From a virus (lineage: Duplodnaviria; Caudoviricetes): a stretch of 35,814 nt of DNA. Where the stretch lies: positions 1 through 35,814 of IMG/VR virus record IMGVR_UViG_3300025635_001387; one strand, written 5' to 3'. Positions 25,116 to 34,799 of the stretch are shown here, in pieces. Each line of letters opens with the position of its first letter. The first letter of the stretch is position 1. The position numbers and the translations under genes are program-made. The notes beneath the pieces are model-generated. The model made no database searches. It was given only the letters and a program-made list of their open reading frames with translations, and was not told the DNA's origin.

Positions 25116-26287
25116 TGGACGAGCCCACCTACGACGACCTGCCCTACTTCGTTGTGAACCAACGTGGCGAGCAGGTCAGCATGATTGCCTCGGAGAGCTT
25201 GCGTGCAGGCCTTGACGAAGTCACCGAGGCACTCATCAAGAGCGAGCCGTTGCGAGACTCGCACCCGTGGAAGCAGTTCATGCGTAAGACGCCAACGGTG
25301 CGTCGGCCACGCGACATCGCTGCACTGCGCGACCACCTGTTGGCCGGGTGGTCGCCAGACCGTGGCCCGTACCTGTTCGCCATCATGTCGCAGGGTGCAC
25401 AGGCCGACAGCGCAGTGTGGGAGATCCACACGTTGCAACAGGCATCGCTGTGGTGGGTGAGCGCAGACATGTGCGACCTGCTGCACGCCGCCGAGCAGTC
25501 GTTGCCCGACGACGTCGTTATGGACATGACATGGTTGCCGCGCGAGCGTGGCCTCGTTGTGTTCGAGACACCGATGCCCGGCGTCGACGCGCGCACCGGC
25601 AGCAACGATGGCACCGTGTCGGCAATCACGTGGGGGCCGATCAAGATACCGACCGGCCTCGCCGTTGGCATCGGGAGCTACAACCGCATGGACTGCGACC
25701 TAGGCCTCAGCGCCGACGAACTGAAGTCGGCCACGGAGACAGGTGCACTGTTCACCGCCGAGCGCGGTCGCGTGGTGGCCGACCCGGCAGGCAAGGACAC
25801 GATGCTGGTGACGTTGCACGGCGACATATGGGGTCCGCTCGGGCGCGCCGACTGGCCGCTCGGTGAACGTGCCGACGTGCGCCACTTCGACACCATGACC
25901 GACGATGCGTTGCGGTCGATGATGGAGGACCGGAAGCGGCTGGCGGCACTCATGCTGCTGCTCGACCAGGGCAACGTGGCGACCACCACGGTGGACCGGC
26001 CAACGCCAAAGGAGCAGCGGCGTGCGAAGCGGTCGGGGCAGCCGGTGCGTTCCAACGTGCACGTCGTGGACGTGAAGCGTGCACACCGTGCGTCGGCACA
26101 CTCGGCCTTGGATGAGGAGCGCCGCAAGCTGAACGTCCGCTTCATCGTGGACGGCCACTGGCGCAATCAGGCATACGGTGAGGGTCGTAAGCTGCGACGC
26201 CCCACATGGATCGCACCGCACTGGCGCGGTCCCGATGACGGCCCGATCTCGCAGCGCAAGACCGTGCGTGTGATCCGACCCCAATGA
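25115..26287 (+). CDS. Actinophage-type hypothetical protein with C-terminal GHWRNQ..G...WIAPHWRGP motif
   Basis: GGGAGG RBS, TAATG overlap; basic C-terminal motif recalled from actinophage hypotheticals. Confidence 0.78.
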   Translation: MDEPTYDDLPYFVVNQRGEQVSMIASESLRAGLDEVTEALIKSEPLRDSHPWKQFMRKTPTVRRPRDIAALRDHLLAGWSPDRGPYLFAIMSQGAQADSAVWEIHTLQQASLWWVSADMCDLLHAAEQSLPDDVVMDMTWLPRERGLVVFETPMPGVDARTGSNDGTVSAITWGPIKIPTGLAVGIGSYNRMDCDLGLSADELKSATETGALFTAERGRVVADPAGKDTMLVTLHGDIWGPLGRADWPLGERADVRHFDTMTDDALRSMMEDRKRLAALMLLLDQGNVATTTVDRPTPKEQRRAKRSGQPVRSNVHVVDVKRAHRASAHSALDEERRKLNVRFIVDGHWRNQAYGEGRKLRRPTWIAPHWRGPDDGPISQRKTVRVIRPQ

Positions 26288-26307
26288 TCTGCGGTGCGGA
26301 GTAATGC

Positions 26308-26347
26308 GACGGCGGGCAGCCCGGTGGTGGAGAGGCTGCCCGCCGTC
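26308..26347 (+). terminator. Perfect 14-bp hairpin GACGGCGGGCAGCC/GGCTGCCCGCCGTC (terminator or processing site)
   Basis: Read directly. Follows a stop codon and begins with GACGG like the early-region hairpins; weak U tail (TTGT). Confidence 0.55.
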
Positions 26348-26410
26348 TTGTGCCAGGAAGGGAAACCGGGCGCAACGAACCATAGTCAACAACGACAAGG
26401 AAGGTCCGAC

Positions 26411-26662
26411 ATGAAGGCGCTGAAGCCTCGACTGGATGACTGGAAGGAAACGAACCCGCTGCGCATGTGGCGACACCGAAACGAACTCGGCCTGCACGAC
26501 GCTGCTGCCGTACTGCAAGTGTCGGTGTCCACGATGCAGGTGTTGGAAGCGGGCAGCCGGATGCCGAACGGGAAGATGCTGCAACGCATCGCAACCGGAA
26601 TGGGGGTGACCGAACAGCGACTGCAAAGTCAGTGGACGAAGTGGGCGGCTGACCGCCCGTAA
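26411..26662 (+). CDS. XRE-family HTH protein
   Basis: NPLRMWR....LGLHDAAAVLQVSVSTMQVLEAGSRMP; AGGAAGG RBS. Confidence 0.78.
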   Translation: MKALKPRLDDWKETNPLRMWRHRNELGLHDAAAVLQVSVSTMQVLEAGSRMPNGKMLQRIATGMGVTEQRLQSQWTKWAADRP

Positions 26663-26679
26663 CCAACGAAAGGTGCTGC

Positions 26680-27078
26680 GTGGATACAAAGATGATCGAC
26701 CGGTTCATCGAGATGTGCGATGCAATCGGCGAAACGGAAGATGCACTCAAGACCATGAAGGCCGAACGGGACGAGCTGGAGCAGGAACTGCGCGCCTCGT
26801 TCGAGAAGGCCGGGATTGCCAACGTCAAGACAGCCGACGGGCGCACCGTGTTCGTGCACCGGCAACTGTGGGCGCGCGCCAAGGACGGCGACAAGGTAGC
26901 GGTCACCAGTGCGTTGGAAACGGTCGGGCTTGGCGAGTTCGTCACGCAGACGTTCAACACCAATCAGGTGTCGGCGTATGTGCGCGAGCAGGACAAGCTC
27001 GGCACCGAGTTGCCGCCCGAACTGGAGTCGGTGCTCGACATTGCCGAGGTGTTCTCGGTACGAGTGCGCAAGTCGTAG
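26680..27078 (+). CDS. Phage replication-module hypothetical protein (coiled-coil N-terminus)
   Basis: GAAAGG RBS; lies directly before the SSB-like gene. Confidence 0.72.
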   Translation: MDTKMIDRFIEMCDAIGETEDALKTMKAERDELEQELRASFEKAGIANVKTADGRTVFVHRQLWARAKDGDKVAVTSALETVGLGEFVTQTFNTNQVSAYVREQDKLGTELPPELESVLDIAEVFSVRVRKS

Positions 27079-27144
27079 GCACTCTGTAAACTGCCCAACC
27101 CCTCGCATGTGGATGCGGGGACACCGAAGAAGGGAAACCCAACA

Positions 27145-27891
27145 ATGGCAACCGCCAAAGACAAGGGCGACATCGTGCCCGCAGGCCAGTCGTCGTACGC
27201 GATTGCGCGTGTCGGCGAGGCATCGGACATGGTGTTGGCCGACGCAGTGCAGGACAACCTCGGTGCCGGTGGCATCACGGCGTTCGACCTCGACCGTGTG
27301 CGCATCCCGGCGGGAGGCGGCAAGGCGTGGGAGCTGCCGACGCTCGACGGCGAACCGGAAGTGGCTCGCACGTTCGACGGCATCATCGTGCACTGGCGTG
27401 AGCCGCGTGCGTACTGGCCGGAGTCGCTGGACGTGACGGGTGGTGGCACACCGCCCGCCTGCTCCAGCATCGACGGCGTGCGCGGCGACGGCGACCCCGG
27501 CGGCGACTGCGGCACCTGCCCGCTGTCGCAGTACGGGTCGGGCCGCGACGGACGGGGGCAGGCGTGCAAGCAGACGCGTGCGCTGTTCATCGTGCGTGAG
27601 GAGAGCCTGCTCCCCGTCGTGCTGTTCTGCCCGCCGACCAGCATCGCGCCGATGCGGAAATACTTCCTGCGGCTCGCGTCGCAGAACCGCCGCTTCTCGG
27701 ACGTCGTGACCCGCTTCTCGTTGGGCACGGCGACGAGCCAGGCGGGCATCAGCTACTCGGTGGTCGAGCCGAGCGTGGTGCGCGTGTTGGACCCGGCCGA
27801 GATCGGTGCGGTGCGCGAGTACTCGCACGGCATCGCCAAGGCGTTGGACGCGGTGCGTATGACCGCTGCCGACGCCACCATCTCGGCATAG
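27145..27891 (+). CDS. Putative Zn-binding ssDNA-binding protein
   Basis: RVRIPAGGG..W, GIIV....RAYW, PPACSSIDG, CGTCPLSQYGS...GQACK, PPTS. Lies before the primase. Confidence 0.6.
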   Translation: MATAKDKGDIVPAGQSSYAIARVGEASDMVLADAVQDNLGAGGITAFDLDRVRIPAGGGKAWELPTLDGEPEVARTFDGIIVHWREPRAYWPESLDVTGGGTPPACSSIDGVRGDGDPGGDCGTCPLSQYGSGRDGRGQACKQTRALFIVREESLLPVVLFCPPTSIAPMRKYFLRLASQNRRFSDVVTRFSLGTATSQAGISYSVVEPSVVRVLDPAEIGAVREYSHGIAKALDAVRMTAADATISA

Positions 27892-27992
27892 GGCCGCGGA
27901 CGGGCACGACGTGCACGCACTCCTCTAGGGGAAGTGGGGAGTAGTGCAGTGCCGTCGTGCCCGTTCCGCACACGACGGGAGACCACCAACCA

Positions 27993-29729
27993 ATGAACGC
28001 AGACGATGTCCAACTGTTCTTGGAGACGACGTTCGACGGCAAGCCCGATGAAGCATGGTTGCTGATTTGGTCGTTGCCCGACCGTGTCTCCAGATGGTGT
28101 CGCACCCCTAGCGACGCCGTGAAGCAAGTCACACCGCTGACGGCACACGATGTGTACGTCGGCGTAGCACTGTCCGAGCGTGACCGTGGGCCGCGTGTGC
28201 GTGGCACCGCCGACGAGGTTGCAGGCATCGTGGGCCTATGGGCCGACGTTGACATTGCCGACGATGCTGCACACCGGAAGGCGAACCTGCCGCCCGATGA
28301 AGCGAGCGCCCGGCACGTCGTGAAGTCCACGGGCGCAGAGCCGACCATCTTGGTGCACTCGGGCCACGGCCTCCAGGCGTGGTGGTTGTTTGCCGAGCCG
28401 TGGATGTTCGACAGCGCAGACGAACGCAACGAGGCTGCACGCCTCGCGTTGCGTTGGGGCGCAACGATGCGATTGCGTGCAGCGGAGAACGGGTGGGTGA
28501 TCGACGCCACACACGACCTGACCCGCGTGATGCGTGTGCCCGGCACGGTCAACCACAAGGGCGAGCCGGTTGAGGCACGCATCTTGGAGTGCGCGCCGAA
28601 GGTGCGTTACCAGCCGTCCGACTTCGATGAATGGCTGGCCGACGAGAGCGCGTTGACGTTGCTGACCGGCAGGCGCACCTACCACATCGACAGTCGCACG
28701 CTAGAGCTACGCCCCAACGCATCGCCCGATGCCGTGAAGCTCGACGCGCTGCGCAGCAACCACAAACAGTTTGAGGCGACGTGGAACCGCACACGCCGCG
28801 ACCTGGCCGACCAGTCGCCGTCCAGCTACGACATGAGCTTGGCTGCCATTGCGTCGCGTGCAGGGTGGACCGATCAGGAGATCGTGGACCTGATCATCGC
28901 CAACCGGCGCAAGCATGGCGACGACCTGAAGCTACGGCCCGACTACTACGCCCGCACGATTGCGCGGGCACGGGACGAGACGAACCGCGAGCGGTCCTTT
29001 GAGGCGTTGGAGCTGAACATCGAACGGGTGGAGCGCGTGACGTTGGCCGAGCAGGTGTCGACGGGCGCTGACGGTGGCACCAACAGCGGCGGCACTGTGC
29101 CCGCCGACACGGCACGCGAGGCGCAGTACGCACGGCGGCAACTGCTGCAAGACATCTCCACCTACCTGACCGTGGAGGTGGTGCGCATCGAGAAGCTGCT
29201 GAGCGACCCGGTGCGTTGGAAGCTCATTACGCCGGTGAAGCCGAACGGCGAGGTGCTGATCGGTACCACTGCCGACTTGCTGAACCAGCAGACGGTGCGT
29301 GCAGCGGTGGCCGCTGCGACCCGCAACCTGATGCCACGCTTCAAGGCGAAGGAGTGGGACCAAGTGGTGCAGGCGATGTTGCGTGCCGCCGAGGAGTGCG
29401 AGGTCGGTGACGAAGCGACCGACGCCGGCCTCGCGAGGTCGTGGCTGTCCGACTACTTGCAGGACCGGCCGCTCGTTACGGACCAGGCCGAGAGCGCCGA
29501 GGCCGGTGCACCGTTCCGACATGCCGATGGCACGGTGATGATCTACGGACCTGCGCTCAAGCGATGGCTGTGGTTGTCGCGCGGCGAGAAGGTTTCACCG
29601 CAACGACTCGGTGATGTGTTGCGAGCGTTCGGCTGCGAACATCAGCGCGTCTACTACACGAAGTCAACCGGCAATCGGTCGGTTGCTTCGGGGTGGCGGC
29701 TGCCCGAGGTGTTTGCCGCCAGCCTGTAG
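27993..29729 (+). CDS. RepB'-like (AEP superfamily) primase / replication protein
   Basis: VYVGV, LWADVD, VHSGHGLQAWW, DLTRVMRVPGTVNHK, helical SPSSYDMSLA...YYARTI domain. No Walker A seen. GGGAGACCAC RBS. Confidence 0.8.
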   Translation: MNADDVQLFLETTFDGKPDEAWLLIWSLPDRVSRWCRTPSDAVKQVTPLTAHDVYVGVALSERDRGPRVRGTADEVAGIVGLWADVDIADDAAHRKANLPPDEASARHVVKSTGAEPTILVHSGHGLQAWWLFAEPWMFDSADERNEAARLALRWGATMRLRAAENGWVIDATHDLTRVMRVPGTVNHKGEPVEARILECAPKVRYQPSDFDEWLADESALTLLTGRRTYHIDSRTLELRPNASPDAVKLDALRSNHKQFEATWNRTRRDLADQSPSSYDMSLAAIASRAGWTDQEIVDLIIANRRKHGDDLKLRPDYYARTIARARDETNRERSFEALELNIERVERVTLAEQVSTGADGGTNSGGTVPADTAREAQYARRQLLQDISTYLTVEVVRIEKLLSDPVRWKLITPVKPNGEVLIGTTADLLNQQTVRAAVAAATRNLMPRFKAKEWDQVVQAMLRAAEECEVGDEATDAGLARSWLSDYLQDRPLVTDQAESAEAGAPFRHADGTVMIYGPALKRWLWLSRGEKVSPQRLGDVLRAFGCEHQRVYYTKSTGNRSVASGWRLPEVFAASL

Positions 29730-29787
29730 GCCCGCAACGGGCCGTTCGGCACCCTGCCCTGGAGGGATGGCGGCACCTGCCCGCCAC

Positions 29788-29895
29788 AGGCTCCACAGGC
29801 CGTTCTAAGGCGTTTCCGCAGGTGGGGCGGCGTATTGCGGCACCCGACCCGCCAGACTGCCTTAGAACGGCTTCTGGAGGCCTTAGCGAGCGACC
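29788..29895. repeat. Hairpin element at the convergence of plus and minus transcription; related copy at 19112-19219
   Basis: Perfect 13-bp IR GCCGTTCTAAGGC (29799-29811) / GCCTTAGAACGGC (29859-29871). 29789-29814 matches 19112-19137 at 24/26 positions. Confidence 0.7.
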
Positions 29896-29929
29896 CCACT
29901 TACCAGGGCATTCCCCGGTTGCGGCAGGC

Positions 29930-30277
29930 CTACCCGCCGCCGCTGTCGTCGTGCACCCGCACGAGCAGGTGCGCGTCGTTGGGGAACGTCTCGACACGAC
30001 CCGACGGAAACGTCACAACGACCTCAGCGAACAAGTCGCGCGCCGTCAACGTCAACGACGGCACATCCAACGGATCGAACTGCACGACCGCATCGTCCTC
30101 AGCGAGAACACTGCACGCCGCACTCCCCGCCGTATTCCCCGTCACCGCATCCCACAGGTACAGCGTCACGTCCGCTCCGTCCAACGTCCAAGACCCCGGC
30201 GACTGCTGGTCGCCCAAGTCCAGACGCCACACCGGACCTGTGTCGCCGACCTTCCACACCATGTCTGCCATGCCCAT
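29930..30277 (-). CDS. BppU-like baseplate/tail accessory protein
   Basis: KVGDTGP...LDGADVTL...AEVVVTFPSGRVETFPND..L.V.V resembles the BppU N-terminal domain. Start may be 30271. Confidence 0.7.
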   Translation of the reverse strand: MGMADMVWKVGDTGPVWRLDLGDQQSPGSWTLDGADVTLYLWDAVTGNTAGSAACSVLAEDDAVVQFDPLDVPSLTLTARDLFAEVVVTFPSGRVETFPNDAHLLVRVHDDSGGG

Positions 30278-30282
30278 GAAGC

Positions 30283-32850
30283 CTAGACGGTCGTCGCATC
30301 AGACGGCGACGACGGAACCGATACTGCATCCCGGTCAGCGTCCACGCTAACGACCGGCGAGCGCACGCCGATCGTTCGTGCCGACGACCCACCTGCACCA
30401 ACCGTCACCGTCCGCGCCCGCTGGCCTGTTGACGTAGCCGTCAACGGACCACGCTGCCGCGTTACCTCCGGCGGGTAGCCACGCCCCTGTGCGGTCAACG
30501 ACCCAACAGCCAACAACGCCGCCGCCGTCAGACGCGTGCGAACACCTGTAGCGTCGAGGACCCCTGCCGCTTGTAGGGAGCCGACAGCGAACGCAATACG
30601 AACCGCTACCGCCGACAGAGCAGCCTGGCCTGACAACGCCGCCGCACCGAGCGCGCTGCGTGTCCCAGCCGCCTGCAATCCTGTCGAAGACGACAGCGCA
30701 GCACCACCAAGTCGGGCGCGAACGCCCGCCGCCGATAGCGACCCGGCAGATACAAGCGTCGCAGCACCCACAAACAAACGCCCGCCAGTAGCCGACAACG
30801 AACCCGCAGCCGACAGCGTCGCTGCACCCGTGATCGTTCGCGTGCCCGCTGCTGTCGCCGCACTCGTCGCTGACAACGCGGCCGCAGCGAAACGCGTTCG
30901 GACACCAGCAACAGTCTGCGTGCTTACGGCCGTTAGGACTGCTGCACCCGTGACTGTCTGTGCGCCTGTTGTGACCGTGCCCGAGGCCGACAACGTCCCG
31001 GCTGCCGACAGGCTGGCCGCACCGAAACAAGTCCGTACCCCCGTCGCGGTTTGCGTTCCTGTGCCCGCCAGGGCTGCCGCACCGATGCCGGTGCGCGCGC
31101 CTGCGCCGGTCAGTGTCGCTGCACCGGCGAGCGACGCCGCACCGAAACAAGTCCGCACACCAACGACGGTTGACGCACCGGTCGCCGACAGGGTGGCCGC
31201 AGCCTGCCTTGTGCACACGCCTGCCGCAGCTGCCGTGCCGGTAGCCGTTAGTGCTGCCGCACCCGCAGTCGTTCTGACGCCTGCCGCTGTCTGCGTACCT
31301 GCCGCCGTCAAGGCAGCCGCACCGAGACGCGTGACCGTGCCCGCTGCCGTCTGCGATCCGGCGGCAGTTAGCGCAGCGGCGCCGGTGACGGTCTGACTGC
31401 CTGTCGTGACCGTGCCCGCCGCTGTCTGCGAACCAGTTGCCGTCAAGGCGGCTGCACCGAGACGCTTGCGAACGCCCGCGGCTGTTTGCGAGCCGGTTGC
31501 CGACAAGGTCGCCGCGCCCGTCTTGGATTGCCACTCCGACTTGTACCAGTCGGAAAGAGCGACCTCGCCGCCGATGCTGATCCGGTCAGGCGTTGTGCCG
31601 GTCCACGATCCGCTCGGCGCTGTCGCATTCCCGACCGAGACTCCGAAGTTATATGCCGTTGCCGGGTTCGCGTAGTTGCCGCTCGCGATGCTGGTGCCGT
31701 TCTGAAGCGAAATGATCGCGTTGACGGCGGTCGCAGCGACGAAGAACGTGCCGGAAGTGCCGACCGGGTTCACGAACGTCAACGAAGAAGAAATGCTCGT
31801 ACCCGTAGTGTTCGGGTCGTCTACGTCGTAGGCGCTGCCCGTGCCGAGAATCGCGCTGCCGTTCGATGAGGACGGGTCACCATTCCAGACGCGGATCACG
31901 GCGATGCTGCAACCGGTCTGATTCTGCGTGCTGAACGACGCCGTGACTGTTCCCGTGCGTGTGGTGCCGTCGGCTTGCGCCGTGTAGAGCGCATAGCGCC
32001 GCAGGTTCGTGCCGGAGAACGCTGAACTTGTCTTGGCTGATGACAACGTCACGCCGGATGGCACGGTGACGGTCGGAGCGTTCGCCGTTGCGCCCGCCTG
32101 GTTGTAGACGAAGATGATGTGCGGCGTGTTCTTGACGAACTCGACATTTGACAGGCTGTAACTGTTCGTATTAGACGCCGTGTCAGCGACGCTCGCGACG
32201 TTCGTGAACGCGATCTGCGAAGTCGGGCGCAGCTTGAGGCTCGACCACTCAACTTTGTTGCCTGAGGCGGTCAAGCCCCATGCGGCCATGCCCGCCTCGG
32301 CGCCGGTGTACGTCGTGTCGGTGACGGTCACGACGTTCGTCGTGCTTCCCCAATCCGGCTCGGATGCGCCAGACGCCCACACCTTGAGCATGAGCAGGTC
32401 GCCAATCGCTGCGAACTTGATTGCAACCGGGTAGCCGGTCACTCCGGCTGGACTGAGCGTCGCTAGCGTCGCAGTCACGCTGGTGCCGTCCCACCGGACG
32501 ATCTCCCACGATGTCGCATTCCCGGCGGTTGTTTCGCGAACGTAGTAGCCAGACCACTTCGTGCCGGTCGGATTCGCGCCACGAAGGATCGGGCCACCCC
32601 GCGCGTTGGTGCCGGTCGGCGCCGACATCACGACATGCACTTCGTTGTTCTTGGAAAGAACAGACCCAGAGGAGGTCTTGACGTGCGCCAGGCCGCTCAC
32701 CGCACCTGCGGAACCTCCGCTGACCCACGTTAGGCTGCCGCCGCCGTACGACGGCGACGTGACTTTCGCGTAGGTGACGCCGTTGCCGTCAACGTCAACC
32801 TCGGCAAGGCCGAGATCAACTTCATTGAGTTGCGGAGTCTCGGTTGTCAT
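30283..32850 (-). CDS. Virion/tail-associated protein: beta-rich N-terminal domains plus about 17 Ala/Thr/Gly 20-aa repeats
   Basis: 855 aa, S/T/G/A-rich; repeats GAAALTATGSQTAAGVRTRL-like at about 30478-31518; flanked by tail-type genes. Confidence 0.75.
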   Translation of the reverse strand: MTTETPQLNEVDLGLAEVDVDGNGVTYAKVTSPSYGGGSLTWVSGGSAGAVSGLAHVKTSSGSVLSKNNEVHVVMSAPTGTNARGGPILRGANPTGTKWSGYYVRETTAGNATSWEIVRWDGTSVTATLATLSPAGVTGYPVAIKFAAIGDLLMLKVWASGASEPDWGSTTNVVTVTDTTYTGAEAGMAAWGLTASGNKVEWSSLKLRPTSQIAFTNVASVADTASNTNSYSLSNVEFVKNTPHIIFVYNQAGATANAPTVTVPSGVTLSSAKTSSAFSGTNLRRYALYTAQADGTTRTGTVTASFSTQNQTGCSIAVIRVWNGDPSSSNGSAILGTGSAYDVDDPNTTGTSISSSLTFVNPVGTSGTFFVAATAVNAIISLQNGTSIASGNYANPATAYNFGVSVGNATAPSGSWTGTTPDRISIGGEVALSDWYKSEWQSKTGAATLSATGSQTAAGVRKRLGAAALTATGSQTAAGTVTTGSQTVTGAAALTAAGSQTAAGTVTRLGAAALTAAGTQTAAGVRTTAGAAALTATGTAAAAGVCTRQAAATLSATGASTVVGVRTCFGAASLAGAATLTGAGARTGIGAAALAGTGTQTATGVRTCFGAASLSAAGTLSASGTVTTGAQTVTGAAVLTAVSTQTVAGVRTRFAAAALSATSAATAAGTRTITGAATLSAAGSLSATGGRLFVGAATLVSAGSLSAAGVRARLGGAALSSSTGLQAAGTRSALGAAALSGQAALSAVAVRIAFAVGSLQAAGVLDATGVRTRLTAAALLAVGSLTAQGRGYPPEVTRQRGPLTATSTGQRARTVTVGAGGSSARTIGVRSPVVSVDADRDAVSVPSSPSDATTV

Positions 32851-33305
32851 AGCCCCAACAGGTCTGCGCCGAGAACGTCTGGACCGAGTTGTTCAACGAT
32901 CGGCACGCGTTCCACGCGTTGCGCCATCTCGCCACCCGCAACACCCGAGAGCGCACCGAAACCGAGGCTTGCTAAATGTTCAGCGCCAGCCAAAGCGATG
33001 GCGTTGAAGTCTGCGGCAGAGTCGATCAGCACCCAATACGACAAGTGGACCGCGTCGTTGCCCTGCGGTTGGCAGAGAGCCACCGACGCTAGAAGCCCGC
33101 TCGTGTCCCGTGCGACGATTGCGAAGTGGCCGTAGCCGTCAGGGTCGTCGACGTAATAGCGGACTTTCGCCGGAGACGGCAGGCGCAGTTGGCCGTCCAT
33201 TACGCAGGCGATCACCTGCTCAGTGGCAATGAACGTCTCGTAATCAGCGATAAGCGCGTCAACGTCGGCAGCGGTCGCGGTCGTGACGACGTACTGCTGC
33301 GGCAC
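32847..33305 (-). CDS. Hypothetical protein, possibly degenerate GNAT fold
   Basis: Starts YVVTTATAADVDAL, similar to the GNAT beta1-alpha1 pattern; ATGA overlap with the downstream gene. No clear acetyl-CoA motif. Confidence 0.55.
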   Translation of the reverse strand: MPQQYVVTTATAADVDALIADYETFIATEQVIACVMDGQLRLPSPAKVRYYVDDPDGYGHFAIVARDTSGLLASVALCQPQGNDAVHLSYWVLIDSAADFNAIALAGAEHLASLGFGALSGVAGGEMAQRVERVPIVEQLGPDVLGADLLGL

Positions 33306-33317
33306 AGCGCACCGTCG

Positions 33318-33701
33318 CTAGTCGAGGCTTACGGTCAATGAGCCGCTCGGGATGGTGAACGTGTCGCCCGCAGTGACCGACTTGCTCTGCGTGAGGTCAC
33401 CCGTCCACAGGCAGTTGCCCGTGCCGTTCGTCTGCGCGTCCCACAGGCTGATCGCGTAGTACACCTCAGTCGTGCTCACGTTCGTCCACGTCGCATCCGA
33501 GTCGGACGTGACCGTGCCCGACGACGACGCGCCGAACGTCACCGCCGCACGCGTCGTGTTCGCCGCTGCGTTCGTCGTGCCTGTCTCATTGGTCGACGCG
33601 TCCTTGTGCAGTTTCACATACACGGTGGACTGACCCGAGTAGGCGGTGGCGTTGAACACCAAGTCCAGCAGCTTGTTCTCCAAGTAATCGCTCGCGCTCA
33701 T
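33318..33701 (-). CDS. Small tail-fibre/minor tail protein
   Basis: MSASDYLENKLLD...VYVKLH...R.AVTF...LWDA.T.G.GNCL..G.L...K.V.AGDTFTIPSGSLTVSLD, a widespread phage tail-associated family pattern; GAAAGG RBS. Confidence 0.8.
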   Translation of the reverse strand: MSASDYLENKLLDLVFNATAYSGQSTVYVKLHKDASTNETGTTNAAANTTRAAVTFGASSSGTVTSDSDATWTNVSTTEVYYAISLWDAQTNGTGNCLWTGDLTQSKSVTAGDTFTIPSGSLTVSLD

Positions 33702-33766
33702 GCTGGCGTGCCTTTCATATCGGTGAGGAACGTGGCGGTAAGCCTAGCCGGGGCTATCGTTCTCGC

Positions 33767-34234
33767 ATGGCTCTCCAAGTGCGCGAACTGACAGGCAGCC
33801 ATCGGGACGCTGCCACGTTCATGGTCACCGCGCGTCGCCTCGCGCAAGAGTCAGCGCCTTGCTCGCCGTTCAACGATCACCCGCCGCAGGAAGTCATCCG
33901 CGGGTACATGCGAGCCGACCGCACCAACCGGCACGTCCTCGTCGCTTACGAGCCGCCCTACCGCCCGCCTGCCGTCGAGGGCCTCATCATCGCCCGCTCC
34001 AGCAGAGACGGCGTATGCCGCATTCTGTGGGCGCTCGCACCCGCCGACCCGGCCCGCTGGCAACAAGTCGCCGCCGTCTTGCAGACGCACATGACAGCCC
34101 GCTGGCCGATCATTCACGGCGTTGTTGGCGACCCTGCACTCCAGGCCCGCTTCGCGCAGCTGCCCGCCGTGTACGCCGACAACGCCGACGTGCAATGGCA
34201 TCAATCCAAAGGCGGCGCAGGTTCCTTGTCATAA
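33767..34234 (+). CDS. Hypothetical protein on the opposite strand, possibly GNAT-like, probably leaderless
   Basis: Fills the gap between minus-strand genes; TATCGT (TANNNT) ends 6 nt before the ATG; no SD. Confidence 0.55.
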   Translation: MALQVRELTGSHRDAATFMVTARRLAQESAPCSPFNDHPPQEVIRGYMRADRTNRHVLVAYEPPYRPPAVEGLIIARSSRDGVCRILWALAPADPARWQQVAAVLQTHMTARWPIIHGVVGDPALQARFAQLPAVYADNADVQWHQSKGGAGSLS

Positions 34235-34383
34235 TCGGGCGCAGGCTCCAGCTTGAGCGCCCGGTTCACGTAATCCCAGCCGATGACCCGGTAGCCGAAC
34301 GGGCCGATCTGCACCACGTCACGTTCGACCAGCGTGCAGCCATGCAACGCGATCAGCCGCAACGACATCAGGTTCACCGTCAT
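34201..34383 (-). CDS. Hypothetical protein (60 aa)
   Basis: TGATG coupling with the upstream ORF. Confidence 0.5.
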   Translation of the reverse strand: MTVNLMSLRLIALHGCTLVERDVVQIGPFGYRVIGWDYVNRALKLEPAPDYDKEPAPPLD

Positions 34384-34565
34384 CAGTCGTCCGGATTCTC
34401 AAACCGCGGCAACTCATCGCCCGCCAACAGTTGCTCAAGACGCACTAGCACGTCGCGCCGGAACGGCTCGTCGCTCGTCGCAAGCAACGCCCTGCGCCCA
34501 ACCTGTAACTCATCCCGCAAGCGGCGCGCTTCGCGCTCGATCGCCTGCTGCCTGCCCTGCGACAT
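34383..34565 (-). CDS. Hypothetical protein (60 aa)
   Basis: Abuts both neighbours. Confidence 0.5.
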   Translation of the reverse strand: MSQGRQQAIEREARRLRDELQVGRRALLATSDEPFRRDVLVRLEQLLAGDELPRFENPDD

Positions 34566-34799
34566 CTAGTCCTCGTCATCGTCGTCGTCGTCATCGTCGG
34601 GAATGTAGTTCACGCGCGCAAACCACCGGCCCGCCGCTTGGCACAGCCCCTCGGCTTCATACGACGAACAGCCCGACCATTCGATCTCGGGTACGTCATC
34701 GTCGTCGTCGCTCGTCCAGATGATGGTGACCGTCCGCACGTCCACGCCCGCCATCTCGACCAGTTCATCGAATCCGTCCGCTGCAGGCTCATCGCTCAC
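34566..34799 (-). CDS. Small acidic hypothetical protein
   Basis: GTGA overlap with the phosphoesterase stop, GGAGG RBS, Asp-rich. Confidence 0.6.
   Translation of the reverse strand: MSDEPAADGFDELVEMAGVDVRTVTIIWTSDDDDDVPEIEWSGCSSYEAEGLCQAAGRWFARVNYIPDDDDDDDDED

Noticed and set aside
30478-31518. DGR template/variable repeats or an invertible tail cassette
   Set aside because: Repeats are protein-level with synonymous divergence. No reverse transcriptase or invertase is in the window.
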